Source of the DNA: a virus
Direction: 5' to 3' (one strand)
IMG/VR virus record: IMGVR_UViG_3300020160_001966
Span: 1 to 64,000 of that record
Length of the DNA stretch: 64,000 bases
Made by a program: the position numbers and the translations under genes. A model generated the notes under the pieces. It did not search any database and was not told the origin of the DNA. It was given only the letters and a program-made list of their open reading frames with translations. Position 1 is the stretch's first letter; every line of letters begins with the position of its first letter. This document shows, piece by piece, positions 10,701-19,521 of this stretch.

Positions 10701-11129
10701 TCTAACTTGTGGTAATTTAGCATACCCCGCACCGCTATTTGATACGAATACACTATTTACATTGTAGCTAGATAGAATAAAAAATTGCAATCTTTTAGCT
10801 TCTACTGGATAAACTAAGGCGCTATATTTCCAACTATCAAAACCTTCACCTCTACCGTCACCGTAAGGAAGTCTTGATACAAGAACTTTAGCAGGGGAAG
10901 TATTTAAAACTGAACGAACTGAATGATAAAAATATCTCTCAGCATCGTTTGTAGGTGCTCCATAAATTTGTTCAAATTCTGAAATACTTGTAGGTTGTAA
11001 AACTTCATCTATTGGACCTTGATTGGAAAACCCTGTTATAAAAACTGAAGTACCTTCTTGAGTTAAAGGTCTTAAAGTCAAATCTATTTCGTTTATCTCT
11101 ACGCCTGGTGATTGAATTGTTCTTGCCAT
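7779..11129 (-). CDS. gp18: Tail sheath protein (T4 gp18-like), enlarged to 1116 aa
   Basis: N-term SPGVEINEIDLT; C-term WYAPAGFTRG, GQKTL, AFDRINVRRLF, FEPN, IQPVRTAEFI. Confidence 0.97.
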   Translation of the reverse strand: MARTIQSPGVEINEIDLTLRPLTQEGTSVFITGFSNQGPIDEVLQPTSISEFEQIYGAPTNDAERYFYHSVRSVLNTSPAKVLVSRLPYGDGRGEGFDSWKYSALVYPVEAKRLQFFILSSYNVNSVFVSNSGAGYAKLPQVRAIGGEGDNLTVIAALTANDGRGTNTCGITGFTITNKGTFQTIPTVSITTSFVNESIFVSNSGSGYIWDGNPANLPVINLITKSGETRVIQAQAVSDLLADDKVGQFNLTNIVITNSAQTLNQNGGYSSRPDVITINGNPTTMATLEAQMGYYNPTTNTSTVTSVRIVDAGFGYTQTPTLCFLGGGKNASSTIPNPTFLIYGNTTKTYGITGVNLTNIGSGYDNPPDVQIVGTRIGINPAEIEVEGTYFNALGLVDGSQRIDHLWTNNIVVGDENSNEYNTPLADDGKDPFDIPDSYNSQYYGKTCFIGKPTHVELTLEQYEDVLNGNVNWSNYPNVSSQAFNYDNIGESAFIILNKAQSTINNKFEGYYIGLLDNSNYNPATDFDGITRVESLQKEAEVVSSKDFTIVPNSRLSFTLSADQFGSGNSISEVMENLSNYDLADKSFDDTFALGVFKLRQDLYTDSTSLAYNLVESYVGSINYNRTVNSSDGGRPIPFSMEKVTEGSNSFKLLMNPYLSDRYNEVSPLTNSRLSKRIRILGTQLETPYSKKGFVDTIDTYTTRSGAVSTVTETLGREYGRTDALFPLGIYSNSLVMNKNIGSLPQKLDRAFELVENSDVYPIDIAIEGGLGTIYVNSLEQSNTDGLSAGEYSANTSLKGISSFYITNFEGLNGAGLDLRSNYSSIANIFINVAEKQRKDFLVILDPIKNIFVQGDNNKVINTKKIWSPNAGIEPNLNAPNYVSTNFSQHIYWPLRHQFGTINCSYATTYSTWAQVVDPFTNRQIWIPFSGIAASLMANTDSNFQPWYAPAGFTRGVVTGVNDLGVYPKQKQRDQLYKISINPVAFFPNEGFVVFGQKTLLKKPSAFDRINVRRLFLNLETATKNTAKFFVFEPNTLFTRTQVVNVLTPIFENAKNTEGLYDYRIVCSELNNTPDVIDNNELKVDIYIQPVRTAEFILVNFIATRTGANFDELIGG

Positions 11130-11138
11130 ATATATGAA

Positions 11139-11146
11139 TATTTATA
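11139..11146 (-). promoter_or_regulatory. T4-type late promoter TATAAATA for gp18
   Basis: Exact T4 gp55 consensus 9 nt upstream of the ATG. Confidence 0.75.
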
Positions 11147-11184
11147 TTTTTTCAAGTCATTTTTTAACACAATTTTTTATTTTT

Positions 11185-11781
11185 TTAAATTTCAGGTAAA
11201 AGTTCAACATCAAATTGGTGATATGCGTATTGAAATGATGATTCCATCTCTCCAGCATCTCTATCAGAGTAATTAATACCCCCCAATAGCACTGGAAAAC
11301 AATGATAAAAATTAAATTTTATAACATTTTTATTATATTCATCTCTACCATAAATACTTATTGTTGTTTGATATTCATCCATGAAACCATCTGATTGTAT
11401 AGGAGAATTGAATAAACCAGTTTTACCATCATTAAAACTGTTTAACCATCTATGAATAGCCCAATAATTATTAAACATATTGTCTATAGTAAAATTGACG
11501 TTCATATTATCAAATGAAGGTCTTTTATAACTGGTCAATTTAACAGTTTGACCACCATAAGGAGTTTCAACAGCTGGTATGTTTAGCGATGGTATTACCG
11601 TACCATATATAGAGCATTGTACAGATTCTTGGATAATAGACTTATAAGGTGGTAAACTTTTTTTATCTCTTTCCAATACAGATTTCAATGGTTTCAATAT
11701 TTTAGGCAAGTCAAAAACCATTATGAATTTATCCTTTCTTTGTTTATTGAGAGGAGACTGATAAATTGAAAGATTGGACAT
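11185..11781 (-). CDS. gp3: Tail completion/terminator protein (T4 gp3-like)
   Basis: IPSLNIPAVETPY...FDNMNVNFTIDNMFNNYWAIHRWL resembles gp3. Confidence 0.65.
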   Translation of the reverse strand: MSNLSIYQSPLNKQRKDKFIMVFDLPKILKPLKSVLERDKKSLPPYKSIIQESVQCSIYGTVIPSLNIPAVETPYGGQTVKLTSYKRPSFDNMNVNFTIDNMFNNYWAIHRWLNSFNDGKTGLFNSPIQSDGFMDEYQTTISIYGRDEYNKNVIKFNFYHCFPVLLGGINYSDRDAGEMESSFQYAYHQFDVELLPEI

Positions 11782-11795
11782 AAAAATATTTATTT

Positions 11796-13547
11796 TTACA
11801 TGAAGTTTTTATTAAAAACTTCCCAACCATCTTTCTTCATTATTTCATAGTCGGGTATATTCGATAAGGGATCATTGAATGGTTGATCTATTTCGGTAAA
11901 AGCAACTGGTAGAGGCATAAAAGCTTGAGCTTCTTTTTCGTTTATATATATGTTGCTCGGAGATATTATATCCGTAATACCATAATCTATAGGTTTTATT
12001 TTCAAAGGTCTTTGATTATCATCCATCGATATCATTTCAAAATATCTTTTACATATTTCATTTTGCAAAACAGCTAAAGACCAAACCAAAGACATAACTC
12101 TATCATCTAAAGTATTAGCAGTTCTTCCACTCCAAGTGCCATTAGGATGTTTAATAAAATCTTTAATTTCTTGTAAAGTTTTTACATCTCTTAATCTAAC
12201 AGACCTCATTTCGTTCAAATAATATCTCATATTCGTCACAGCTTCTATTTTTGAATTTTGGTGACTTATGATACCAGCCTTGGCAGCAATTTTAAAATCA
12301 TTAGCTATAGCTCCTTTGGTTCCCCAAGTGACAACGTTTTCATATCCAAAATTCATTTTTAATGAATCTATTACTTGAGCACCGCAACCATTCCTTTCAA
12401 TTAAAACTGGAGGTCTGCCCCATTGTTGTAACAAATCATGTAATTTTTGAGCAAAATTATATGGTGATATTTTTTTAGTATAATATACAGCGTCTTGAGT
12501 TATATTTGTTAAATCTGTGATATTTAATATTTGACATACTGTAGCGTTTTGATTAAGACCTTCCCCAACATCTACACCTACAACGTAAAATTTATCTCTA
12601 CTGGGTTCATCCCATACAACATACTGCCCATCATCAAATATATATTCTGGATCTTTACATCCAGATTGTAATAAATTATAAATGTCTTGATCAATAGGTA
12701 TTTCACCAGAAGCTAAAAAAACATTTTCATATTCTTGCAAAAATGCTTCTCTTGATCCCAATGTTTTTATAGTATCGTTTTTCCATTTTTCATCTCTTGC
12801 TGGAACCTCCCACCAATCAACCTTTTCTGGATGCCACCCATTCCATTCATCACCAGTTTTGTTGGCACCTTCCCATAGTTGATGGAATAAATTGCCTATG
12901 CCATTGGGTGTAGATGCCGCCAATATCTTAGATTTTTTTGAAGATGAAATAATCGGATATACGGATCGCCAGAAATTTTCCAATAAACCAGCATCCAAGA
13001 AAGCAAGCTCGTCCAATATTAAACAATTCACAGATTCGCCACGACCAGCATCGCTACTCGTCGTGGATATACCAATACTCGAACCGTTAGAGAGTGTTAT
13101 ATTAGTCTGACCATATTCTACAGCACCAGCTTTCAAAAAATTGGGCATCATTTCAAATGCTGTTTTAATTCTTTTCAATAACATTTTAGCTGTTTGCTCT
13201 TTGTTAGCGACGATAAGAATTCTTTGATCTTCGTGAAATAAAGCTATCCACAAAGCGTATATCGTCATAAGTGTCGTTTTACCAATTTGGCGGCTTGCCA
13301 ATAGAATATTAAACCTGTTTTCCATCAAAGATTTTAAAATCCTCTTTTGGAAATCGTGTAATTTAATCTTCTGGCGACCACTATCTACATTGATTATATA
13401 AAAATAATTACTAGCAAAATATAAAATAGATTTTTTACATTTTACAATCTCCTTTATCATTTTTGGAGTGTATTCGTATGTAGTCTGAGCAGTTGGTAAA
13501 TTAGTATTTCCTAAATAGAATTTTTCCTTTTTTTCTTTTGTTGGCAT
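11796..13547 (-). CDS. gp17: Terminase large subunit (T4 gp17-like)
   Basis: ASRQIGKTT Walker A, LILDELAF Walker B, STPNG, GVDVGEG nuclease motif, DDRVMSL. Confidence 0.97.
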   Translation of the reverse strand: MPTKEKKEKFYLGNTNLPTAQTTYEYTPKMIKEIVKCKKSILYFASNYFYIINVDSGRQKIKLHDFQKRILKSLMENRFNILLASRQIGKTTLMTIYALWIALFHEDQRILIVANKEQTAKMLLKRIKTAFEMMPNFLKAGAVEYGQTNITLSNGSSIGISTTSSDAGRGESVNCLILDELAFLDAGLLENFWRSVYPIISSSKKSKILAASTPNGIGNLFHQLWEGANKTGDEWNGWHPEKVDWWEVPARDEKWKNDTIKTLGSREAFLQEYENVFLASGEIPIDQDIYNLLQSGCKDPEYIFDDGQYVVWDEPSRDKFYVVGVDVGEGLNQNATVCQILNITDLTNITQDAVYYTKKISPYNFAQKLHDLLQQWGRPPVLIERNGCGAQVIDSLKMNFGYENVVTWGTKGAIANDFKIAAKAGIISHQNSKIEAVTNMRYYLNEMRSVRLRDVKTLQEIKDFIKHPNGTWSGRTANTLDDRVMSLVWSLAVLQNEICKRYFEMISMDDNQRPLKIKPIDYGITDIISPSNIYINEKEAQAFMPLPVAFTEIDQPFNDPLSNIPDYEIMKKDGWEVFNKNFM

Positions 13548-13609
13548 ATAATTATTAATTATTTATGAATAATATTGATTAATTTAATTTTTGATGTAAA
13601 TTATATAAC

Positions 13610-14323
13610 ATGAATATTCTTTCCATAGACATAGACTATATAACATCAAAGTATCAACACGCCATAGTTGGTGATGATTCCAATGCTAAAGAAAAATGGG
13701 AAGATACTTTACAAAATTTAAAAGGAGATGCTAGTTTATTACAAATAGATTATGACAATTTGAGTTTTTTGATGGGTGTTTATATTAAAGCTTTGGAAAA
13801 AAGTAAAAGGATAACTTTTGCAATAAAGCATCACACCATTTTACAAGAATTGGAAAAAGATTCATATAAAAATTTAAATATAATAAATATAGACCATCAT
13901 CATGACATTTTTTACGGCAACGAGGAAGGTTTAGAATATTTTAGAAAATATAATAGTATCGATTGTGGCAATTGGGTTTGGAAATTGCATTCATTGGATA
14001 AAATAAATTCATACTGTTGGATTAAAGATAAAACATCTTCAGCTTTCGATGACGGTGTGACCAAAGGTGAAACTCCTAAAAATTTTAAATTCTATTTGAA
14101 AGAAAATATTGATTTTGATATATCCGATATAGAATATGATTTAATGTTTATCTGTTTATCTCCAGAATATATAGCACCTAAACATTGGATTTATTATGAT
14201 ATGATGATGAAAATTTATGAGGAAAAGACTGGAAATAAAGTTGAATTCATACAAAATATTCCAGAGATAAGAAGCGATATTTTATCATCTTGTAGCGATA
14301 TTTTTGATTATAGATTGAAATAA
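13610..14323 (+). CDS. UPF0489/ureohydrolase-like metalloprotein
   Basis: LSIDIDY, NIDHHHD, CGNWV, FICLSPEY motifs. Confidence 0.55.
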   Translation: MNILSIDIDYITSKYQHAIVGDDSNAKEKWEDTLQNLKGDASLLQIDYDNLSFLMGVYIKALEKSKRITFAIKHHTILQELEKDSYKNLNIINIDHHHDIFYGNEEGLEYFRKYNSIDCGNWVWKLHSLDKINSYCWIKDKTSSAFDDGVTKGETPKNFKFYLKENIDFDISDIEYDLMFICLSPEYIAPKHWIYYDMMMKIYEEKTGNKVEFIQNIPEIRSDILSSCSDIFDYRLK

Positions 14324-14350
14324 TAAATATATTAGAAGTAAATATTATAT

Positions 14351-15220
14351 ATGAATAGAGCTAAATCAATCACAGATATAAGAGACATATATCTTGAAAT
14401 GCAAAGAAGAAATTCAACATCCACTATAGATGAGAGTTTTTTGTATGAATCCAAAGACAATAAAAAAACTCAAAAGGTAAAGGCTAGAGAACCTAAAAAC
14501 ACATTTCCTAAATCAACGGATACTGTTAAAGAACCTTCAACCTTTAAAAAAGGTGGACCTACTAATGTGAAAAATTTAACAAAACCTAAAAAGAATAAAA
14601 AATTCTCACAAAAAAGTAAAAAAGTGAATGAATCAAATATAAATAATTTTATGAGTATATTCGATAAACTATATGAAAACGTAATGAAGAGTGATGAACT
14701 CGACATTGACACTGGGATTGGAACTGGACCAGAAGGTTCTTTTGGAGACACTGATATGGACGTTGAATCCGATACAGAGTCCACTGACAATGGTGGAGAC
14801 GTTACTTTAACACTCAATAAGGATCTTGCTAAAGAACTTCTTGATCTTCTCCAATCTGCTGTTGGTGATGATGAAACAGATTCCGATCTTAAAGATTTAG
14901 GTATCGATTCCGATTCCGATTCCGAATCTGAAGATGAAGATGAAAATGAAAGTTGTGACGATGATGATTACGAAGAATCTGAAGAAGTCAAATACGAAAC
15001 AACCGAGCTTCAAAAACTTCCAGATTCTACTGGTCATAAATTAACAAAAGCTGGAACAGTCGGTAACATTAAAGCTTCTTCTGGTAGAGCAGATAGCAAA
15101 GTTACAGATGAAGTCGGCACAGAAACTGGTAAACATCCATTAGATCATAAGTCTGAATTAACTAACCGTGCTAAAGATAAAGTTGGTAGTTTAAAGACTG
15201 GTAGAGGCTTATTTGATTAA
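14351..15220 (+). CDS. Acidic hypothetical protein, possible prohead core/internal protein; second in-frame start at 14651
   Basis: 289-aa ORF with Asp/Glu-rich centre; convergent with gp23. Confidence 0.7.
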   Translation: MNRAKSITDIRDIYLEMQRRNSTSTIDESFLYESKDNKKTQKVKAREPKNTFPKSTDTVKEPSTFKKGGPTNVKNLTKPKKNKKFSQKSKKVNESNINNFMSIFDKLYENVMKSDELDIDTGIGTGPEGSFGDTDMDVESDTESTDNGGDVTLTLNKDLAKELLDLLQSAVGDDETDSDLKDLGIDSDSDSESEDEDENESCDDDDYEESEEVKYETTELQKLPDSTGHKLTKAGTVGNIKASSGRADSKVTDEVGTETGKHPLDHKSELTNRAKDKVGSLKTGRGLFD

Positions 15221-15248
15221 TAAAATAAGTTAAAAAAAACAATAACAG

Positions 15249-15277
15249 AAAGCCCCGAATTTTTCGGGGTTTTTTTT
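15249..15277 (+). terminator. Intrinsic terminator
   Basis: AAAGCCCCGAA-ttt-TTCGGGGTTTT followed by a T run. Confidence 0.85.
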
Positions 15278-15300
15278 GTCTAAAAATAATTATGTTATTA

Positions 15301-15337
15301 TAAAAAAAAGAATGCCAAGGAAAACCTTGGCATTCTT
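15301..15337 (-). terminator. Intrinsic terminator downstream of gp23
   Basis: AAGAATGCCAAGG-aaaa-CCTTGGCATTCTT perfect stem; T run on the minus strand. Confidence 0.9.
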
Positions 15338-15367
15338 TATGTAACTTCTACCGTTGACCTATATTTC

Positions 15368-16864
15368 TTAGAAATATACGGCGCTACTATTCGGTTCAAA
15401 TGCTTGACCTAATCCTGCTAACAGAATAACGTGGTAGTATAAGTTGGCTCCGAAGATATTGTCAACAACGCCATAGCGGGTCATAAGACCAACTCTTGGG
15501 CTGAAGTCATTCGTGCCAATTGTCCTTTGAATCATCACTGGGATGTAAGGGCAATATATAATACCAGTATCGTAGAACTCTGGTCCTTTGTAACCAAGAA
15601 GGGCATACTCAACACGTTGAGTACGAACTTGTCCTGGTGAAAGGTATGTAGAACTACGACCTTGCTCAAATTGAGCTTCTGTGCGGGTATCGCGGTAAAC
15701 ATTGAATCTACCTCCTAGATTACCAACCTTCGCTACACCTACAGGCTGAGTATTAACATTACCTTGAACGGGTACCCATTGGAATTCGGGTAACATTTCG
15801 AGGATTGCAGCAACGCGAGGTGTGCAAACAATAAAGTTTGCGGCTCCACGGCGGTTGCGAATGGCAATACGGTTAGCTTCGATGATTAAACGTTGATAGA
15901 AATCGCGGTTGCGTTCAACGAGCCAGCGGCCATCGGCTGATGCAGGACTCCATACAGAGTATCCAACACCAAAACCAGCATTGAGAGAAGTTTGAATCAT
16001 ACGCATGATCATTTCACGATCAATCTCAGCTTGCAATTCATAAGACATTGCATTCGTGAGTTCGGTATCAATATCGATACCATTCATATTCTTCAAGTCT
16101 TGCTCCAATTCAACTGACCATCTAGCGGCGAGGCGGCGTGTTCCAGCTTCAACAGCTGTTTTCTCAAAGCTAACTTCGATTTGAGGGATTTTACCTGTCA
16201 ATTCAAAATTTGCTAAGAGTTGCGCAACGCCTTTATCTGCTTCCACAAATGGGAAGAGATTGCCATAGGTGTCATTTGTTCCAGACAATCTAGAACTGGA
16301 AGTTCCAGTGTAGCTAGTGTCAAGATATTGGTAGCCTAGCTCTTTACCGCCAGCAGCAGCTTGAGGGTTGATCATATCAGCATTGGCATTTGTGCCACTG
16401 CCATCAACACCATCATTGCCAAGTTGCTTGGCAAGATACTTATAGCGGAGAGCGAAAGCTAAACCAACGGGACCACCCATGGGTTGTACGCCAACGATTT
16501 CATTGGTAATCAATTCGGGGAATGTGCGGCGAATCATCGGGATGAGGATCTTTGGTAAACGAGCATCACCAGAAGCATATGTATCACCATTAGGGTAACT
16601 ATTGGGGAATCTGCCACCTACGCCACCATATTGGCCAGCATTAACAGTTCCGAAAACGGAACTTGAGCCACCAGCTTGGTTTTGTTCCTCAATGCACCAG
16701 CGTTCTTGGTTCTCAAGAAGCATAGCGGTATTAAGGCGTGTATGATCGTCTTCGATAGCGGCAACCTTATCTGAAGTATAATTCAGAACTGGCTTCCACT
16801 TCTCCAAAAGAGCTTCAGCGCGAGTTTGGTCAATATAGGCTTGTGTTGGTCTAATTGATTTCAT
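15368..16864 (-). CDS. gp23: Major capsid protein (T4 gp23-like)
   Basis: LLEKWKPVL, LIPMIRR, GVQPM.GP.GL.FALR, RRLAARWSVELEQDL, YCPYIP, TRYG. Confidence 0.98.
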   Translation of the reverse strand: MKSIRPTQAYIDQTRAEALLEKWKPVLNYTSDKVAAIEDDHTRLNTAMLLENQERWCIEEQNQAGGSSSVFGTVNAGQYGGVGGRFPNSYPNGDTYASGDARLPKILIPMIRRTFPELITNEIVGVQPMGGPVGLAFALRYKYLAKQLGNDGVDGSGTNANADMINPQAAAGGKELGYQYLDTSYTGTSSSRLSGTNDTYGNLFPFVEADKGVAQLLANFELTGKIPQIEVSFEKTAVEAGTRRLAARWSVELEQDLKNMNGIDIDTELTNAMSYELQAEIDREMIMRMIQTSLNAGFGVGYSVWSPASADGRWLVERNRDFYQRLIIEANRIAIRNRRGAANFIVCTPRVAAILEMLPEFQWVPVQGNVNTQPVGVAKVGNLGGRFNVYRDTRTEAQFEQGRSSTYLSPGQVRTQRVEYALLGYKGPEFYDTGIIYCPYIPVMIQRTIGTNDFSPRVGLMTRYGVVDNIFGANLYYHVILLAGLGQAFEPNSSAVYF

Positions 16865-16937
16865 ATTCGTTTTTTTGTTTCTCCTTTTCGACTTTCGATT
16901 AATTCAGATATTAAACCATTTAATATCTCAGCTAAAA

Positions 16938-17810
16938 TTAGTATTTAGATAATTCTTGAAGGTAAGGGTTCATATTCAAATCATCTTGAACGTTTTCACG
17001 TTTTTCTTCGATGATTTTTGGTACATCAACTCCCTTTGATACAGAATGCTTGATAGCATTCTCCTTCAATTCATGAAGTCTTTCAGATTCATTTTTAAGA
17101 AAAAGATTTAGAGCATAATCAAAATTTTCATTTATAAATTGAGTACTCTTCCCTTTCATTATTCTCTTAATATAATCTCTTTTCTTATCACTAAGACCTT
17201 CCGTTTTCTTTTCCAATATAAGATCGGAAGCAACGGCGTTATATTTTTCTATGAGAACTCTATGTTCTTTCTGAACGACTTCAAGCTTTTTAGTAGCTTC
17301 ATCTATTTGTTTTTTACCGTCTATGATAGCTGATTTAACAGCTTTCTTGGCAACGGCACTATCAACTCCAAGAAATTCTTTAATTTGTTCCAAAACAATT
17401 CTCGCTTTTCTATTTTTAACAGCTTCATTGATTTTAGCTTTTGGTAAAGCTTCTTCAACATAAGCATCTAGATAAGTGGAAACATCATTGATAATAGTAT
17501 CTTTAAAGGAACCAGCTTCATTAACAATAGCTCCTTTATATTTTTCAACTATATTTTTTAATTTTTCACCATGATTGAGATCTATGGCTTTAACAACCTT
17601 TTTTAACTTTTCTGTATGATCTTTGTCAATAACTTCCAACAAATTGGAAAGCTTACTAGCATAATCTTCATCTTGTTTCACTAAAGCAGCCGCGACATTT
17701 AACTTAGCTTTTTCTTCCACAGCCTTTTCAAAAGCTAGTTGAATTTCATTAAGAGCTTCCTCGCTCAATAATTCTTTAGTTACCTTTTTAAGTTGTTTTT
17801 TAATATCCAT
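16938..17810 (-). CDS. gp22: Prohead core scaffold (T4 gp22-like)
   Basis: Coiled-coil, IQLAFEKAV, YLDAYVEE, MNPYLQELSK; immediately upstream of gp23. Confidence 0.85.
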   Translation of the reverse strand: MDIKKQLKKVTKELLSEEALNEIQLAFEKAVEEKAKLNVAAALVKQDEDYASKLSNLLEVIDKDHTEKLKKVVKAIDLNHGEKLKNIVEKYKGAIVNEAGSFKDTIINDVSTYLDAYVEEALPKAKINEAVKNRKARIVLEQIKEFLGVDSAVAKKAVKSAIIDGKKQIDEATKKLEVVQKEHRVLIEKYNAVASDLILEKKTEGLSDKKRDYIKRIMKGKSTQFINENFDYALNLFLKNESERLHELKENAIKHSVSKGVDVPKIIEEKRENVQDDLNMNPYLQELSKY

Positions 17811-17812
17811 AA

Positions 17813-18625
17813 TTAAATTCTTCCAATCTCTCTCATCAAAGCTTTTTGAACTTTATAATCCAAGATTGTCTTCAAGTATTTATGCGATGAGGAATAATTT
17901 TTTTCAGATAATTGCTTTAAAAATTTAGCAATCATATTTTTTTCGTCAACTTTAGTCATATTTTTATATTTTTTATTAGATTTTTCTCCAGATTCTTCAT
18001 TTTCTTCGTAGTCAATATCTACTGGTAAAGTTAATCCATCTTCGTCAATTTCATTTTCGTCTTGGCTTTTAAATTCTTCATCACCAGCAACAACTGGACT
18101 AGATGTTATAGTGGTTCCATTGAAATTTGACGTTCCAGCCGCATTAGCTGGCCTACTTCCAATAAATTGTTTTGTTACTGTTTCTCCTTCGCTTCCCATA
18201 CTGTTTGATTGATCTAAAGAAGGAGATGATGTTGGCTGATATGTTTTAACGGCATTGGGAATTGTTTCTGTCGTAGTTTCAACACTATCCCATGTTTCTC
18301 CCTCATCATCAACAACATTACCAGCTTGAGCTTGTGCTGTTGGAGTAGCTTGTGCTGTTGGAGTAGCTGGTGTGACTGGCGCGGTCTGTGTCTGTCCAGT
18401 GGCAGCTTGTGCATAAGGTGTTTGAGCACTTTTTAATTCATTTTGTCTATCAAACATTATTCTAGCTTGAGGAACTGTCCAACCTTTTTGCTGTCTAATT
18501 TGTTCCTCTTGGGGTGTTAAAGGTCTTTGAGGAGTATTAACCTCTTCAGGTTTAACAGCTTCATTTAAAACAATATTATTCATATAAGATTCAAATATAT
18601 TGTCTAAATCTGATTTCTTTTTCAT
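17813..18625 (-). CDS. Hypothetical head-associated protein
   Basis: 270 aa; TATAAATA at 18633-18640; leader DNIFESY...VLNE. Confidence 0.7.
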   Translation of the reverse strand: MKKKSDLDNIFESYMNNIVLNEAVKPEEVNTPQRPLTPQEEQIRQQKGWTVPQARIMFDRQNELKSAQTPYAQAATGQTQTAPVTPATPTAQATPTAQAQAGNVVDDEGETWDSVETTTETIPNAVKTYQPTSSPSLDQSNSMGSEGETVTKQFIGSRPANAAGTSNFNGTTITSSPVVAGDEEFKSQDENEIDEDGLTLPVDIDYEENEESGEKSNKKYKNMTKVDEKNMIAKFLKQLSEKNYSSSHKYLKTILDYKVQKALMREIGRI

Positions 18626-18653
18626 ATATGAATATTTATAACGACTACGATTA

Positions 18654-19058
18654 TTATTTATTAAAACTGCTTAATATTTTATCAAAATTTGTAGGATTTT
18701 TTAAATTTTGACTATTAGGTTGACTATTAGATTGAACATTTTGTTGAGGTGCCATTTGAGTTATTAGCATTTTTCTTTGAAAGTCTTGCAATTGTGATTG
18801 TTGTTTTTTGAACTCGTCTTCTCTTTTTTTGTTTTCAACCTCAGATTGTTTACCCTCTTCTTCAGTTTTTTTATTTAAATCTTCTACTTGTTTAATTAAG
18901 GCGTTTATTGTTTCTTGTGAATTATTTTTATCATTTATTGCGCCTTTTTGATTAATCTTCATTTTTTCAATATCTGGAACTTGCGTCATATCTCCAGTTT
19001 GTAAACTTTCAATAATGTATCTTCGAATAACTTCATCAAATTTCGAGTTCATTTTCAT
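18654..19058 (-). CDS. Hypothetical Gln-rich coiled-coil protein
   Basis: 134 aa; TATAAATA at 19067-19074. Confidence 0.7.
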   Translation of the reverse strand: MKMNSKFDEVIRRYIIESLQTGDMTQVPDIEKMKINQKGAINDKNNSQETINALIKQVEDLNKKTEEEGKQSEVENKKREDEFKKQQSQLQDFQRKMLITQMAPQQNVQSNSQPNSQNLKNPTNFDKILSSFNK

Positions 19059-19092
19059 TCATTTATTATTTATAATAGAGTTAAATAATTTC

Positions 19093-19521
19093 ATGGACAT
19101 TTTTACAGCATATAAAATAATCAAAGAATCTAAAATAAATCAATTTAGTGGTGCTGGTATTTTATTTTTTGATGGATCTAAAATTCTTTTAGTAAAGAAA
19201 CCCAACGGAAAATGGGGTTTTATTGGAGGTAAACCAATAGAAACAGAAACTCCTTTAGAAACGGCTAAAAGAGAAACACTTGAAGAAATAGGAGTAATAC
19301 ACGGAAAAAATGAAAAGGAATTGAAACTAAGAATTCGTGGTGGAAATTATTATACTTATATTTTTAAAGTAAATGAAGCATTTATGGATATTAAATTATC
19401 CGACGAACATATTGACTTTTCTTGGGTAAAATTGGAAAATTTAGAAAAAATAAAACTATCTAAAATATTCAAATACTGTTTACAAGATATATTAAAAGAA
19501 TTAAAATCTTTGAGTAGATAA
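19093..19521 (+). CDS. NUDIX hydrolase
   Basis: Nudix box GGKPIETETPLETAKRETLEEIG; start revised to ATG 19093 after TAAATA. Confidence 0.9.
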   Translation: MDIFTAYKIIKESKINQFSGAGILFFDGSKILLVKKPNGKWGFIGGKPIETETPLETAKRETLEEIGVIHGKNEKELKLRIRGGNYYTYIFKVNEAFMDIKLSDEHIDFSWVKLENLEKIKLSKIFKYCLQDILKELKSLSR

